A stretch of DNA of 64,000 nt, taken from positions 2,604,001 through 2,668,000 of the forward strand of contig JAUPSS010000002.1 in the NCBI GenBank assembly GCA_040285825.1. The letters run 5' to 3'. The position numbers and the translations under genes were made by a program. The notes under the pieces were generated by a model, which was given only the letters and a program-made list of their open reading frames with translations, was not told where the DNA came from and ran no database searches. This document shows, in pieces, positions 11,304-22,911 of the stretch (position 1 is the first letter of the stretch; each line of letters starts with the position of its first letter). Origin of the DNA: Eukaryota sp. TZLM1-RC (Eukaryota; Protista; Metamonada: BaSk clade).

Positions 11304-13608
11304 ATGAGTGATGAAACAGTGTCTAGCATAGACATGTCCTTCTCATCTGTAACGTCATCTCTCTGTCCACATTCTTCATCTTCTTTTATGCTTAAACATC
11401 GATGCTTCAGTCATTGGTTACGCTATCTCTCTGATCTAAAACACCTCAACTCCATTGCATACCATCATAACCTAAACATACACTTTTCAAGATATTTCCA
11501 TAACTACCAATTCAAATACTTTCTCTCATCTAGCCACATCATCACACGTCATCGTTCACGTAGTAGAATCGCAAAAACATACTTTAACCTCTGGAGGGGC
11601 GCTTGTCGTTTGTCAATCTTTTCAAATACGTCATCAGTTTGCCATTGCTACTTTTTATGGAAACAGTCAACATACAGTAGTTTTGATGACGTGAAGTTGT
11701 TACTATTTTTGGACATGAAGGATTCTGATTCTCTCACAAATTGTTTTCACCATTGGAAAAATTGCCATTTATTTTTACTTCAAATGAAATTAATCAATAA
11801 GTTGGCTCAAAGTAGAGACTTGAAGTTAAAATTAAATCATTTTAAAAAACTGCAAAATTGTCACAATTACTCAGTAGAATTGAACCGAAAATTAATAACT
11901 CTTTTCAATTCTAAACTATTAGACTTATTTAATTATTGGATATCTGCGTATAAATTATCCTTGATTGGTGGTTATTGTGGCAATTTCACAAAGAAATCAA
12001 TTATGTTGTCTTATTTCCTCAATTGGATTAATTGTTGTAACCTTTTAGTTAATTCATCAAATACTGCTTTAAATGTTTTCAATTCTAAAATAAAATTCAA
12101 GTATTTGAAATTAATAAGGACGAATACTGAATTGTCACAGAAAATGATCTTTTTAGAGCAAGAATTACGGATCAAGAAGTTGAAAACTCTATTTGTTGAT
12201 TGGAAAGCTGCCTGTTTGACTAATCAATCAATCAATTTAATTAAGTACAGCTATTTTCGGCAACTCTCAAAGTGGAGATCACTGACAAGTTTGACATGTT
12301 CAAATTTTCGCCAGATCTCAACCAAGAGGACTTTTTTTGAGAGTTGGAAATCAAATTATTTATTCTTGATTAGCCTTGATGTTTTATCTCAATTGTCTGT
12401 TAAAGATCGTTTAGAAAAAACTAATTCAATTGTTTTATCTAATTATTTCATCTATTGGAAAGATAAACATTCAAACTTGGTTAAATTTTCTCTACTCTCC
12501 TTCTTTTTTGAGCAGTGGAAAAATGGATTGAATTTGTCAATTTGGTATTACAATAGAAGTGTTATTGCTGATTTGTTTTTCAAACAAAAATTCTTTTTCA
12601 AAATGTTTATTCCCTCAAGATTGGCGGAAAAATATGCTACAATGGTTGAATTAGTTAATTTTAATATACTCAAATCCTTTCTTTTTAAATTGGAAGAAAA
12701 TGTATTTTATCAAATTTAATTTGGAAATTTTTCAAAAAACTCATTTCTTTAATTTTTTTTCAAAATGGAAAGATCTTTCAAACTTTTATAATCAATCAAA
12801 TCAATCAATCATTTTGTTCAATCAATCAGTGTCTGGTCGCTTAATGTCAAGAACTTTAAGCAGTTGGTCAATTATATTCAATGATTTACGATTAGCTTCA
12901 ACATTTAGAGTTGATAATCTTCTTCAGGTTCATTTAGATTATTGGAGGAATTCACGGATAAAGGTAGTTAGTATGGATTCGCAATGTGAGTCTTTCCGTA
13001 ACCAAATCGACAAAAATGACAAATTTTCTTATTTTCACTATTGGAAGTTTTTCTTGAGTATTAGAAGCAGTTTATCAGTTTTAAGAGAAGAATTTATTAC
13101 GTTGAGTTCAGTTTCTTTTGCCAAAACTGTTATTCAAAAACTTTATTGTTATTCAAAGCTTTCTCAATTAATTAAATCCAAAAATCTAGACACCTTGGAT
13201 TGCTACTTTGCTCAACTTTCACTCAATCGTTCGATCAACAAGAGTAGAATCAAATCTAATTGTGGGTCGTGGTTCTCAAATTGGAATTACATAGTTTGGT
13301 TCTCAAAAACTACAAGAAGCACCGTGATAAGGTTTAAATTTTTCAAACAGTGGAAGTCATGTTTAGCCGTTAAGGTAGCTCAAAAAAGGGCCAACAATAG
13401 ATCAAAAATGACAAGACAATCCCAAAAATCTCACAAAGTCGACACCAATCACGTGAGACAAGAAACAAGGAGGTCACTTCTGGACTACGCCTATGCAGCT
13501 TGTCCACCTTCTGTCAGAAACTCTACATCTATGGCCAGGCAGGGTTCATTGGACGATTACGTTGAGAATACTAGAAATGAATTGCTTTTAATTGCTAAAA
13601 GATTGTAA
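11304..13608 (+). CDS. SFI1-like centrin-binding repeat protein; frameshift near 12680 splits it into two ORFs
   Basis: Many spaced F..W(K/R) repeats (CFSHW, YFNLW, CFHHWK, LFVDWK, FFESWK, FFSKWK, FFKQWK) in both ORFs. Confidence 0.55.
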
Positions 13609-13784
13609 ATTATGATTTTTTGGAAATAAATAAAGGTACATTCAGTGTTCAACTTGCGATCTTCTAATTTTTTTCAATAATTCTTTTTGAACACTTCCAA
13701 AATTTTAAACACTTCCAAAATACAAGATTCAACAAAATGAATTTCTTAAATAAAAATTAATTTATTAAACAAGACTCTTCCCAC

Positions 13785-14969
13785 AAAAGTCACTTATTTT
13801 CTTCAGCAAATTTGGGTTGTATTGGATTTGCTAAATCTTCAATTTTGTGTCAATCAGCATTCCTGGGTGGTGGCAATAATTTTATTTATGAATTTTCTCG
13901 TGGATTTCCTGATGATTCTCATCTGTTAGTTCCCAATTGCAGTCCCTATTTGTATGAGTTATCTTGTGAACTTGAAAAATTGCCGCCACAAATTTGGACC
14001 AAATGTTTTCCTCAATCAATTCAAGAAATTCCAAACCGATCTCTTTTTAATTTACAGTTTTGCTGTAAAAAGCTTCAACAAAAATTGTCAAAGATTTTTG
14101 AAAGCTTGGATTTTGATGTTAGACTTGGCTTGGCCAAGAAAAAGAATCCCGCTTTTGCAAATCTTTTACAAAATATGTGTGATAGTACTTCTTCTGCCTT
14201 AGTAACAACAATTCCTCAAGTTTATGGTACTCTTTTAACTGATTCTGCTTGGACTCTAAATATGAGATTTCGTTCCTTTATCTGGCCTGATAATTTACCT
14301 CTTAATTTAATTTGTAAATGTTCTCGAGAAATTACAACTACTCATTTGTTAAATTGTAAACATTTTATTACTTTTAGAAGCAAGGTTCATGATGCTGTAA
14401 GAGACCAGTTATATTGTATGTGTAAATCTCATAGAATTGAATCCTTCTTGGAACCTCTGTTGTCAAATCTGTTTGATGCTGAAGATGATTTTCATAAGAA
14501 TAATAGAGGTGATGTAATATTACCTGGATTAGATGGAAGTTTCATTTTATTGGATGTAATGTCTGTTGATCCTTGTAATGCCTCAAATGAAAGGCTAGTT
14601 AATTCTGAAATTCATAATCCACAATACAATGATCTTTTGTCCAAATTGGCCAGTCTACAGCAAAATACAATTTGTATCCATTTGAATTTTCCCTTTTTGG
14701 TTCACTTGCACCAACTGCTTTACGTTTTTTAGATGATTTTGAAATGATTGTAAAGAGAAGAACTGGCAGAAATTTCAACAGATTGTTTTGGCAAAATAGA
14801 ATTGTGTTTTCTATTTTTAAGGGGATGTTGAAGATGGTTTCTGATGCTTTGCTTTCTCTTGGATCTCACTATGAGAGAGTTGCATCTAGTGTTTTTGTTC
14901 TGGGAGAGATGGATTTTTTAGATGTTGATTTATAGGTTTTGAATAAAATTAAAATTTTGGTCAAAAAAA
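13785..14969 (+). mobile_element. 5'-truncated RLE non-LTR retrotransposon (family 1)
   Basis: CCHC plus RGD..LDV RLE domain; A-tail; 14-bp TSD AAGACTCTTCCCAC at 13771-13784 and 14970-14983. Confidence 0.9.
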
Positions 14970-15555
14970 AAGACTCTTCCCACTGATACTTACAAAAAAG
15001 GAAAACATTTTGACAATTGACAATATTCGATCTTATGCAATGGGTGTAGGAGAACGACAAACCCCCAATTACTCTGGCTTATACGTATTGCATTATATTC
15101 AGAATTTTCTTTTATCTATTTATAGGAAAACTTATGTCTTTGATTATGTCAGGGCCTGAAATCACTGTCTATGTAATTGTTACAGAACTAAGAAAAAATA
15201 TATATAATGTAATAATAACATTATATCTAAATCAGATTAGTGATACAATCAGAAACGATAGTCGGCCCAAAAAGAGAAAGTCAACAGCAAAATCATCCCT
15301 CCTTCATAAATTGTAAGACAAGAACCTTCTACTCAGACAAGAAAAAGCAGAACAAATACCGAAAAAGCTACTAGAAAACCCAAAACTATACATAAAAGTA
15401 ATCATTCACATAGTGATGGTCTTTGCTCGTTAATGTTAGACATACAGTAGAGAAGTAATGAGATTTATTACGAAGAGGAATCGTATTCTCTCTTCTTAAA
15501 CTAATAGGCGGAATACTAATAAACTATACAAATAAACTATAAATACTATTCAAGA

Positions 15556-17880
15556 CTAACACTGCCTTTTCCTCTCTTTCGAGCGACGAGCCCTGGAAGC
15601 TCTAGTCACAGAAGGTGAACCGTTGGAATTGGTACGCTTCTTGGGAGGAGCGGATTTAGTACAGCGACGTGCTTTTGAAGTCTTGATAAAGTCTTTATAC
15701 GCGGCAGTATTTTGGACTGTAGACATGTGTTTAGTGGTGATCTCTTTTCCAGGCCATTGCACTTGGCAAAAGTCACCGTCCTGACTGAGCACCTTTTCAA
15801 TGATGTGTTCTTCGACATCATCTGCATCGACCCAGGAGTGGAACTCATCGTTGGTGGGCAAGCTGGAGTGCCAGGGTGCTAAATGTTTGACGCTAGCTTG
15901 GACGATCGTACCGGTGCAGAGATTCTTAATATTCACAGACGAATTGGATACGATTTCAGTAATTAGGAAGGGTCCTGAATAGTCTCCATGAAGCTTAGCG
16001 GAAGAGCCAGATGCTCTCAATACCAATTGACCAACTTCAAAAGGGTTTGGAGTTGTTGATCTAGTTAGCTTGGAAGCTTTGGAAGCTTGATGGTGTGCTG
16101 CCTTTTCCTGTTTCTCTTTCAACCTTCGAAATTTAGATTGAATTTCTTGAATAAAAGATGACTCAGACGTCGAGCTTTCAATGATTTCAAGAATTTTGCC
16201 AGGGTCTGATCTAGGAGACACATCTGAGCCAAAGATCACTTGGTATGGAGTGTGGTTGGTTATTGAGCTCTTGGAAGAGTTGATCAATAATTGCTCATAA
16301 GGCAAGTATTCAGACCACACATCGTAGGCGTTGAACTCTACGAGCAATTTCCGTAGGTTTTGCAGGATGTCTCTGTGTCGGCGCTCTACCAGGCCGTTGG
16401 ATTGAGAAAACCTAGGTATTGACTTTGACACCTCTATGCCTAAAAATTTGCTTAGTTCGTCAAAGACAGCCTTGGAAAATTCGGGTCCATTATCGCTGTG
16501 GATTTGAAATGGAATGCCAAAGATGGCACAGACTTTCGAAATTAATGCATCTGCAGCAAGATTGGCATTTATCTCTTTTAAAGGCACGATGATCGTGAAC
16601 CTAGAGAAGCTGTCAATAAATACGAGGATGTATTTGTAGCCTTCTTGATCTTCTGGAAGAGGACCAATAACGTCGGCGTTGACACGAGCAAAAGGTCTGT
16701 CAGCCCACAATGAACCGGTTGGGGAAACACGCAGTTTGGGAACTGGCTTTATTTTCTGACAGGAGGGGCATTCTTGGACGTGCTTATTCATGTCGGTGAG
16801 CATGTTTGGCCACCAATAATCGCTGTTCCTGAGCTTGTTCAGGCTTTCAGCTTTGCTTGGAAGGCCTCCTTGCAGAAGTCCATGCAACAAGTTAAGTGTG
16901 TCCTTAATGGGTGATTTGGGAATCACTATCTTGTTGTCGTGCGTCATATATAAATCAAGGTTATTGTTATGAACACAGTTGTTGAAAGAGGGGTCTTTGG
17001 AAGCTATGGCACGCTTCTGTTCGGATTTAGTCCTACAGAGCCATGGCTCGAAAATAGGCAGGTCGTTGGAACATAGTTCTTTGATGACCATGATACGTTC
17101 GAAGTTGTTTAAGTCTTCGATGTAGTATCTTTCATTTTCTGTTCCATCAATTTTATCGATGTAAAATATTGGATGAAAATTTGGAGACATTTGATGGGAC
17201 AAATGATTGATCTCTTGATGCTCTATAGGCGGAACTATTCGAGACAACATATCAGCCCAGAAGTTATCTTCCCCTTTGGTATGTACCAAATCGAAGGAGA
17301 ATTCAGAGAATATGGGTAACCATCTAGTTACAATTCTGTTCTTCTCAGGAGCCGTGAACATGTAGGTAAGGTTTTGATGGTCTGTGAATATGACCAGTTT
17401 CCTTCCTTTCAAGTAGTTTTCAAAACCACTTTGAGTTTACATGAGCAGGATGGCATAGAGTTCCTTCTGGTTTGTTTGCCAGTTCTTTTGCGAGTTGGTT
17501 AACAACCGGCTGAAGAAGCTGATAGGCCTACATTTCCTGTTGATCAGGGGGTTACCGGGGTCGTCGACTTGTTCGTTTTGTTCCCATATGACGCCGCCTA
17601 CAGCTATGTCGGATGCATCGCAACTAATTAAAATTTGGTTTTCCAGAGGAGGTAAGCTGAGCGGCATGTGCTTCGCTATCAGTTGTTTGATCTTTTGAAG
17701 GAGTCCGTCGTGCATGTCGGTCCATTGAAGGCGTTGCGCGCAGGGTTTGGGTTTAACGTTGGAGTTATTTCCATCCTTCTTAGTCAATTTGATGATAGGA
17801 GCGATGAGCTCAGATACCTGAGGAAGCCATTCTCTAATGAAGTTGACTGATCCTACGACGCTGCGGACGTTTGATTGTCT
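15556..17880 (-). pseudogene. RT thumb, RNase H, integrase and chromodomain-like region of element L2
   Basis: ORFs 17437-17787 and 15556-17412; motifs as listed for the element. Confidence 0.9.
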
Positions 17881-17885
17881 TTGGT

Positions 17886-19130
17886 CTAGGTGATTCTTTC
17901 GTCAGAGAGATATGGACCAATCTTTGGAGTGATCCATAATCCTAGGTCATTTTCGACTCTAGGACCGAAGAAAGGAGGACGCCCATAGCTCATCTCCGTG
18001 GGAAGAATGGCTTCGGGGTTTTCTGGAATTACTCGAGAATCCCTATAACGGACATAAGGATTGTGCTGACGGAAAACACCACGATGAACACTTGAGCTAG
18101 CATAGGAGCTTGCTTGAGAAGGGGTAGGTTGAGCAGGTGTAGAGGTCGTTCCTCTTCTAGCTTCAATCTCTCTATCCAGTGTTTTTCTGTGTTCCCAGTT
18201 TCGTTCTTCTTGAAGAAAACGCTCTAAGTATTTGTTAGAGACCTCTCCAGAAATTCTGTCAATTTCAGATGGAGGTGCCGTAGGAGGGACCTGCTGTTGA
18301 GGTAAAGGGAAGAATTCCGTGGGAGGTTCCTCGTACTCTACCAAATCTGAAAAGATTTGTTCGTACCTTTTCCTTTGCTCTTCAGAAAGATACGAAGGAA
18401 GGTTCGAAGTGCTAGGAATAGAATCACTAGCCTGGAGAGGGGAAACAGACAGATTATTAACTCCACTTACTGTTGAAGTTAGAGGAGATCCTGAAGTTGG
18501 AACAGCAGGATTTTGACTGTTTCTCCTTACAGTTGGAACTGAAGGAAGTTGATGGGAGGATGGAACCTCAGACACAGGTCTAGGAGATGAAGTTGGGACT
18601 TCAGTGTCCTGTCGAGAGGAAGGAGTTTGGACTCCAGATCCTTCTGTGATATTCTGAGAAGGTTGAACCGTTTCTCTTCTTTGAGCAGAAGGTGAAGGTG
18701 GAACCTCAGAGCTTCTCTGAGGGTGGGGAGAAGATGGGACTTCTGATACCCTGAGTGAAGAAGAAGAGGGAGGAGCTTCGGAATCCTGAGCATCTTCGTA
18801 GTCGTAGGAGACTAACGAAGGGCTTCTTCCTCCTGAAGGAATAGAATCTTTAGAAGGGTTGTCTCCTTCCACAGGAACAGAATCCCGAGGAGAGGAGCTT
18901 CCTTCCATTGAAGCGGAATCCTCAGGAAGGGAAACGTCTTCCTTTGGGGTAGCACCCTCAGGAAGAGTGGCTTCAGGAAGCGCAGAAGCTTCTACTGAGG
19001 AAGGGGACACGGGAGCGGGGTCTGTGGTTATTGGTGAGGAAGAGGGACCAGTCTCTTCCTCATGGATCCTGCGTTGAGCCGGGGACGACCCAATACGTAT
19101 TGACGGTCTTTGCTCGTTAATGTTAGACAT
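17886..19130 (-). CDS. Ser/Pro-rich N-terminal ORF of element L2 (truncated gag leader); ATG lies inside the 5' LTR
   Basis: 414 aa low-complexity ORF with repeated SEVPSS units; position directly after the LTR. Confidence 0.6.
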   Translation of the reverse strand: MSNINEQRPSIRIGSSPAQRRIHEEETGPSSSPITTDPAPVSPSSVEASALPEATLPEGATPKEDVSLPEDSASMEGSSSPRDSVPVEGDNPSKDSIPSGGRSPSLVSYDYEDAQDSEAPPSSSSLRVSEVPSSPHPQRSSEVPPSPSAQRRETVQPSQNITEGSGVQTPSSRQDTEVPTSSPRPVSEVPSSHQLPSVPTVRRNSQNPAVPTSGSPLTSTVSGVNNLSVSPLQASDSIPSTSNLPSYLSEEQRKRYEQIFSDLVEYEEPPTEFFPLPQQQVPPTAPPSEIDRISGEVSNKYLERFLQEERNWEHRKTLDREIEARRGTTSTPAQPTPSQASSYASSSVHRGVFRQHNPYVRYRDSRVIPENPEAILPTEMSYGRPPFFGPRVENDLGLWITPKIGPYLSDERIT

Positions 19131-19639
19131 ACAGTAGAGAAGTAATGAGATTTATTGCGAAGAGGAATTGTATTCTCTCTTCTTAAACTAATAGGCGGAA
19201 TACTAATGAACTATACAAATAAACTATAAATACTATTCAAGACTAACAATAGCGGTGATTCAACTTCTGTACCAATTGATACAGAACAAAATGTACTATT
19301 CAAGGAGTTTATTAAAAGTTTACCGTCAAATCTATTTGCGAGACACAAACGACGTACACTTAATCTTCATATGACTCAAAGGGCTTGACAGTCAGCTGAG
19401 GAATTATTGATAAGAAACTCAAAAGATGGTGTAATGTCAAAACCCCCCGCTATACCTAGAATTGACGTCAAGACCCCAAAAATTGTGGTTCAGCCGAAGA
19501 AACCCAAGGCCAGCGGGAAAAACAAAAAACAAAAAAGAGCAAAAATAATAAATAAAACCAAATACAAATGAACGAACTTACTCCAATTCCAAAATCAATT
19601 CTTGCATTTGATATTGAAACCAAAACCATAAATGAATTT

Positions 19640-20479
19640 CCACCTAAAAAATTACTGAAAAGATGAATGAAATGAGGAAAAAGAGACTGATGACTTGAAA
19701 AAATTGAGTGATCAAGAACAAGTACAATGGGTCAATAATCAAGAAGTTTTTATTCTTTCTGGTGTCTTTGGGCTATTTGAAAAAGATGAATTTTATATGC
19801 AAGAAAGTTTTATTGCTTCATGTGCAAAGAAACCTGAGACGACTTTGGAACTCCATGCTAATTGTAAAAATATCCATTTTTTGATACAGAGGATGAATTA
19901 TTATCATTTTTTTCGATATTGAAGTTAAATCATCACTTTCCACTGTGCAAAAGCATCCCCAATCTTTTATCAAATCAGCTATTAAAATAAATAATTTTAT
20001 AGAAAAAACGCAAAGATATGTCCATCATCAGAAAACAGAGACTGAGTTATTAAAAAGAATGGCTGAAAAGCAATGGAATCAAGAAGACACTATCCTAATG
20101 TTTGGTGACAAAGGAAATAATACGAAGAATTTAAAGCATGATCGATCCAGTAAAGGAATTGGATTGAGAAATTTCTTTAAGAGAAACAGTGATACAGTAT
20201 GTTTAGTTGATGAAAGAAAAACATCATCAAAGTGTCCAACTTGTCATAACCCTGTAAATGTATTTGTTGATGTTGAGAATCCAGGGCATGAATGAGAGAG
20301 AAGTATCCTACTGTGAAATGTCATGCTTTGTTAAGATGTCGATTTGAAGTTTGTAGAGAAGAATGTGATGAAAGGATAAGGTATGGAATCGCAACAAGTT
20401 AGCATGTATCAACATCATGGCAATTGTAGATTATTTTGTAGAGGATAGTGTTGGTGAAAGGCCTCCATATCTGTCATAA
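19640..20479 (+). pseudogene. Fanzor remnant B (RuvC-II, Zn finger, RuvC-III)
   Basis: HQKTE..ILMFGD..GIGLR..LVDERKTSSKCPTC..CHALLRC..WNRNKLACINIMAI..GERPPYLS*; stops and frameshifts present. Confidence 0.85.
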
Positions 20480-20582
20480 GTTGAAGCATTTTACTACAGT
20501 GAATCTGTATTTTGGTTTTTTCCATCATATCACGTCATTTCTAATGTTACATTTAACATGTTGGTTGTAACATTCAACCTTA

Positions 20583-21101
20583 ATGCTCATACTCGCTGTT
20601 GCACTTCTAGCAATTTGTGTCAGTCTGTTCTTGCAGAGAACGTGTAAACCTTGTCCCACCCCAGTACCTTCAACCTCTGATATTGAAGATACGATTCCTC
20701 CCACAACAACCCCTGTAGCAACTCTACCCCTGTTTCAGTTATACATGACTAAACATAGGATTGCCCGCGAAAAAATAACCATTACAGCCATGTTGAAGCT
20801 CTTTTGCAGGAAGATGAAGCACGGTACCAGCTCTCCTCTCTGTGAAGAATGTAGCACCCTACTTCGTTACGCTTATAACAGACTGGATAGGTGCCGCTTT
20901 GGGACCCAGAAGTCCACTTGTGGTCAATGTCACATCCACTGTTACGCTCCTCTGCATAGGAAAACCATTAAGCAGGTCATGCGGAAGGTTGGGCCGTTAC
21001 TTATGTTTCATCACCCATTACTTACGTTTGGACATTTTTTGGATAGTCTCAAGGGAAATAGCAATAGGCCAAAAAAGAAGGTCAAAAACATGGACAATTA
21101 A
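20583..21101 (+). CDS. YgbA / nitrous-oxide-stimulated-promoter family Cys-rich protein with N-terminal hydrophobic anchor
   Basis: RIAREK.TI.AM..L.C..H..LC.EC..L..YA..RLDRC.FG..K.TC..C..HCY..IK.VMR..GP..M..HP matches the bacterial YgbA pattern. Confidence 0.8.
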   Translation: MLILAVALLAICVSLFLQRTCKPCPTPVPSTSDIEDTIPPTTTPVATLPLFQLYMTKHRIAREKITITAMLKLFCRKMKHGTSSPLCEECSTLLRYAYNRLDRCRFGTQKSTCGQCHIHCYAPLHRKTIKQVMRKVGPLLMFHHPLLTFGHFLDSLKGNSNRPKKKVKNMDN

Positions 21102-21699
21102 AGAGTTTTTTGGAACTTGTTGTCTTTCTGTATTAATAGCTGCTACTTTTATTTTTTTTGTTTAAAATATCAATAAGAAATATTTGGAAGAAATTATTTG
21201 TTTAATAAATTTCTTCATTTTATTAAGTGATATGTCATCAATTCAATATGAAGTCAATTGAATTCAAAACATTGCCAAATTTGACAAATCAACAGAGTTG
21301 TTGGTATAATTATAATGATGATTAATGGCATATTTTTCAAACTTAAAAACAATGACAACCCAAACCGATTAATCAAATTTTAAAGATATTAGTTACGCAA
21401 TCAATACATCAATTGCTCCTTTAACGCGACCTTTAATTGAATCAATCACAAGCATCTTGACCAGAAATTAGGTAATATTCTACATGGAATTAAAATATTG
21501 AACAGATTGAGTGCATCCAAATCGACATCGGAAGAACGTTAAGCTCGATATGATTTAATAGATTCAGTGAAATTAAAAATTAATGACAAAAGAATATTTG
21601 ACCATTTAACTATTTGTTTGGTAGCTCCACAACATGAGGGAAAATAACCTTATTATTGATATTGATGAAACGGATTTGAAGTATGCACTTTAAGCAAAA

Positions 21700-21987
21700 T
21701 AAAATTAAATTTAAAAAAGATGGTTGTAAGGTCGTTGTAATTGATGAGTTTTAACCAATTATTGTTGTTTCAAATGTAAGAACTCAACACTTAATACCAT
21801 GGAAGAGGCATCACATGTTGATTCGTCACGGGCTTACCGTGTGTAAATCAAGTGATAGTTTGTGGAATAGAGATCGAATTCTGCATAAAATATATTGACA
21901 GTGATGGAAGCACATGTAAAAGGTGGAGATAGACCGGAATACCTGAAGAGATTCAAGGTTGATGAAGGTTCAAAGAAAAGGTATTAA
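21700..21987 (+). pseudogene. Fanzor remnant C (3' end)
   Basis: VVVIDEF..CCFKC..RHGLTVCKS..LWNRDR..NILTVMEAHVKGGDRPEYLKR across frameshifts. Confidence 0.75.
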
Positions 21988-22039
21988 GGAGAAAATCTTC
22001 CTCTTCTCAAAAACTCAGCCCCTCTACATTGGTGTAAAA

Positions 22040-22080
22040 AAGGACACTTATTTCATTGTTATAGACATCATCTGTAACAA
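22040..22080 (+). promoter_or_regulatory. Shared pre-ATG leader motif, copy before ESF2
   Basis: AAGGACACTTATTTCATTGTTATAGACATCATCT; related copies at 25031-25070(-), 52450-52478(-) and 57669-57700(-). Confidence 0.6.
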
Positions 22081-22728
22081 ATGGATCCTGATAACATAGC
22101 TAATACAGGAGTCATCTACTTTCCTAGTCTTTCTCCTCATCTCACCCCCAATATCGTCAGAAAACTCATGTCTCGCTTTGGGGAAGTTGACAGAATCTTT
22201 CTCCGTCCTGATCCCTCCTCTACTAAGAAGCGTAAACAAAGGTTTATTGATGGGTGGGTTGAATTTAAGGACAAACGCATTGCAAGAGCTGTTGCTGAAA
22301 TGCTTAATGGTAACCCAATTGGGGGAGAGAGCAAAACTAAGACACCTTATTATTATGATATGTGGAGTATTCGCTATCTTCCAAAGTTCAAGTGGCACCA
22401 TCTCACTGAACGTAGTGTTTACCAGAAAGCTGTTAGACAACAGCGTCTCCAAACAGAGATCAGACAGGCAAAGAGGGAAAACGAAACTCTTTTACAGTCA
22501 ATAGATCAATCCAAAATGTTAAAAGAAAAAGCAGAAAAAGCCAAGAAAAAGGCAAAAGAAACTAACAATGATGAAGTCGAAGCTCAATCCAAGGTTTACA
22601 ACAAATCAAATATTCACAGAGACTTTCATCAAGCAAAGCCAGCATCAATGGGGAATCTGGGTACGAGAAAGAGCGGTGAGATGGACAATGTTTTAAACCT
22701 CCTAACTAAGAAATCCAGAAGTGATTGA
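22081..22728 (+). CDS. ESF2: Pre-rRNA processing protein ESF2/ABT1
   Basis: GVIY..FGEVDRIFL..F.DGWVEF..A..LNG.PIGG..YDMWSIRYLPKFKWHHLTE signature. Confidence 0.92.
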   Translation: MDPDNIANTGVIYFPSLSPHLTPNIVRKLMSRFGEVDRIFLRPDPSSTKKRKQRFIDGWVEFKDKRIARAVAEMLNGNPIGGESKTKTPYYYDMWSIRYLPKFKWHHLTERSVYQKAVRQQRLQTEIRQAKRENETLLQSIDQSKMLKEKAEKAKKKAKETNNDEVEAQSKVYNKSNIHRDFHQAKPASMGNLGTRKSGEMDNVLNLLTKKSRSD

Positions 22729-22911
22729 TTAATGTGTTTTTAGAATTATTATGCATTAGTTATTTAATCTTATTAGTGAATTCTTTTATCTGGCAACTAC
22801 CAATAATGTTTTGGGAAATTAAATTGAAACATCAATTCGTAAAATTATCATGGGATAATTTTATTTTTATTTGACCCAATTTTCATTTAACAAAAATTAA
22901 AATACAATAAA

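Larger units (their letters stand above)
15414..19248 (-). mobile_element. Ty3/gypsy LTR retrotransposon (element L2), internally deleted (gag core, PR and most of RT missing)
   Basis: 148-bp LTRs at 15414-15561 and 19101-19248 (4 differences); 4-bp TSD ATAG; RNase H (CDAS, ELYA, TDH, ADMLSR); integrase with C..C, D-D-E and chromo-like tail. Confidence 0.95.

Noticed and set aside
12654-12696. 43-nt GT-AG intron that would join the SFI1-like ORFs in frame
   Set aside because: Lacks the GTAT donor and the A at -7, is longer than the other introns and would delete a W repeat
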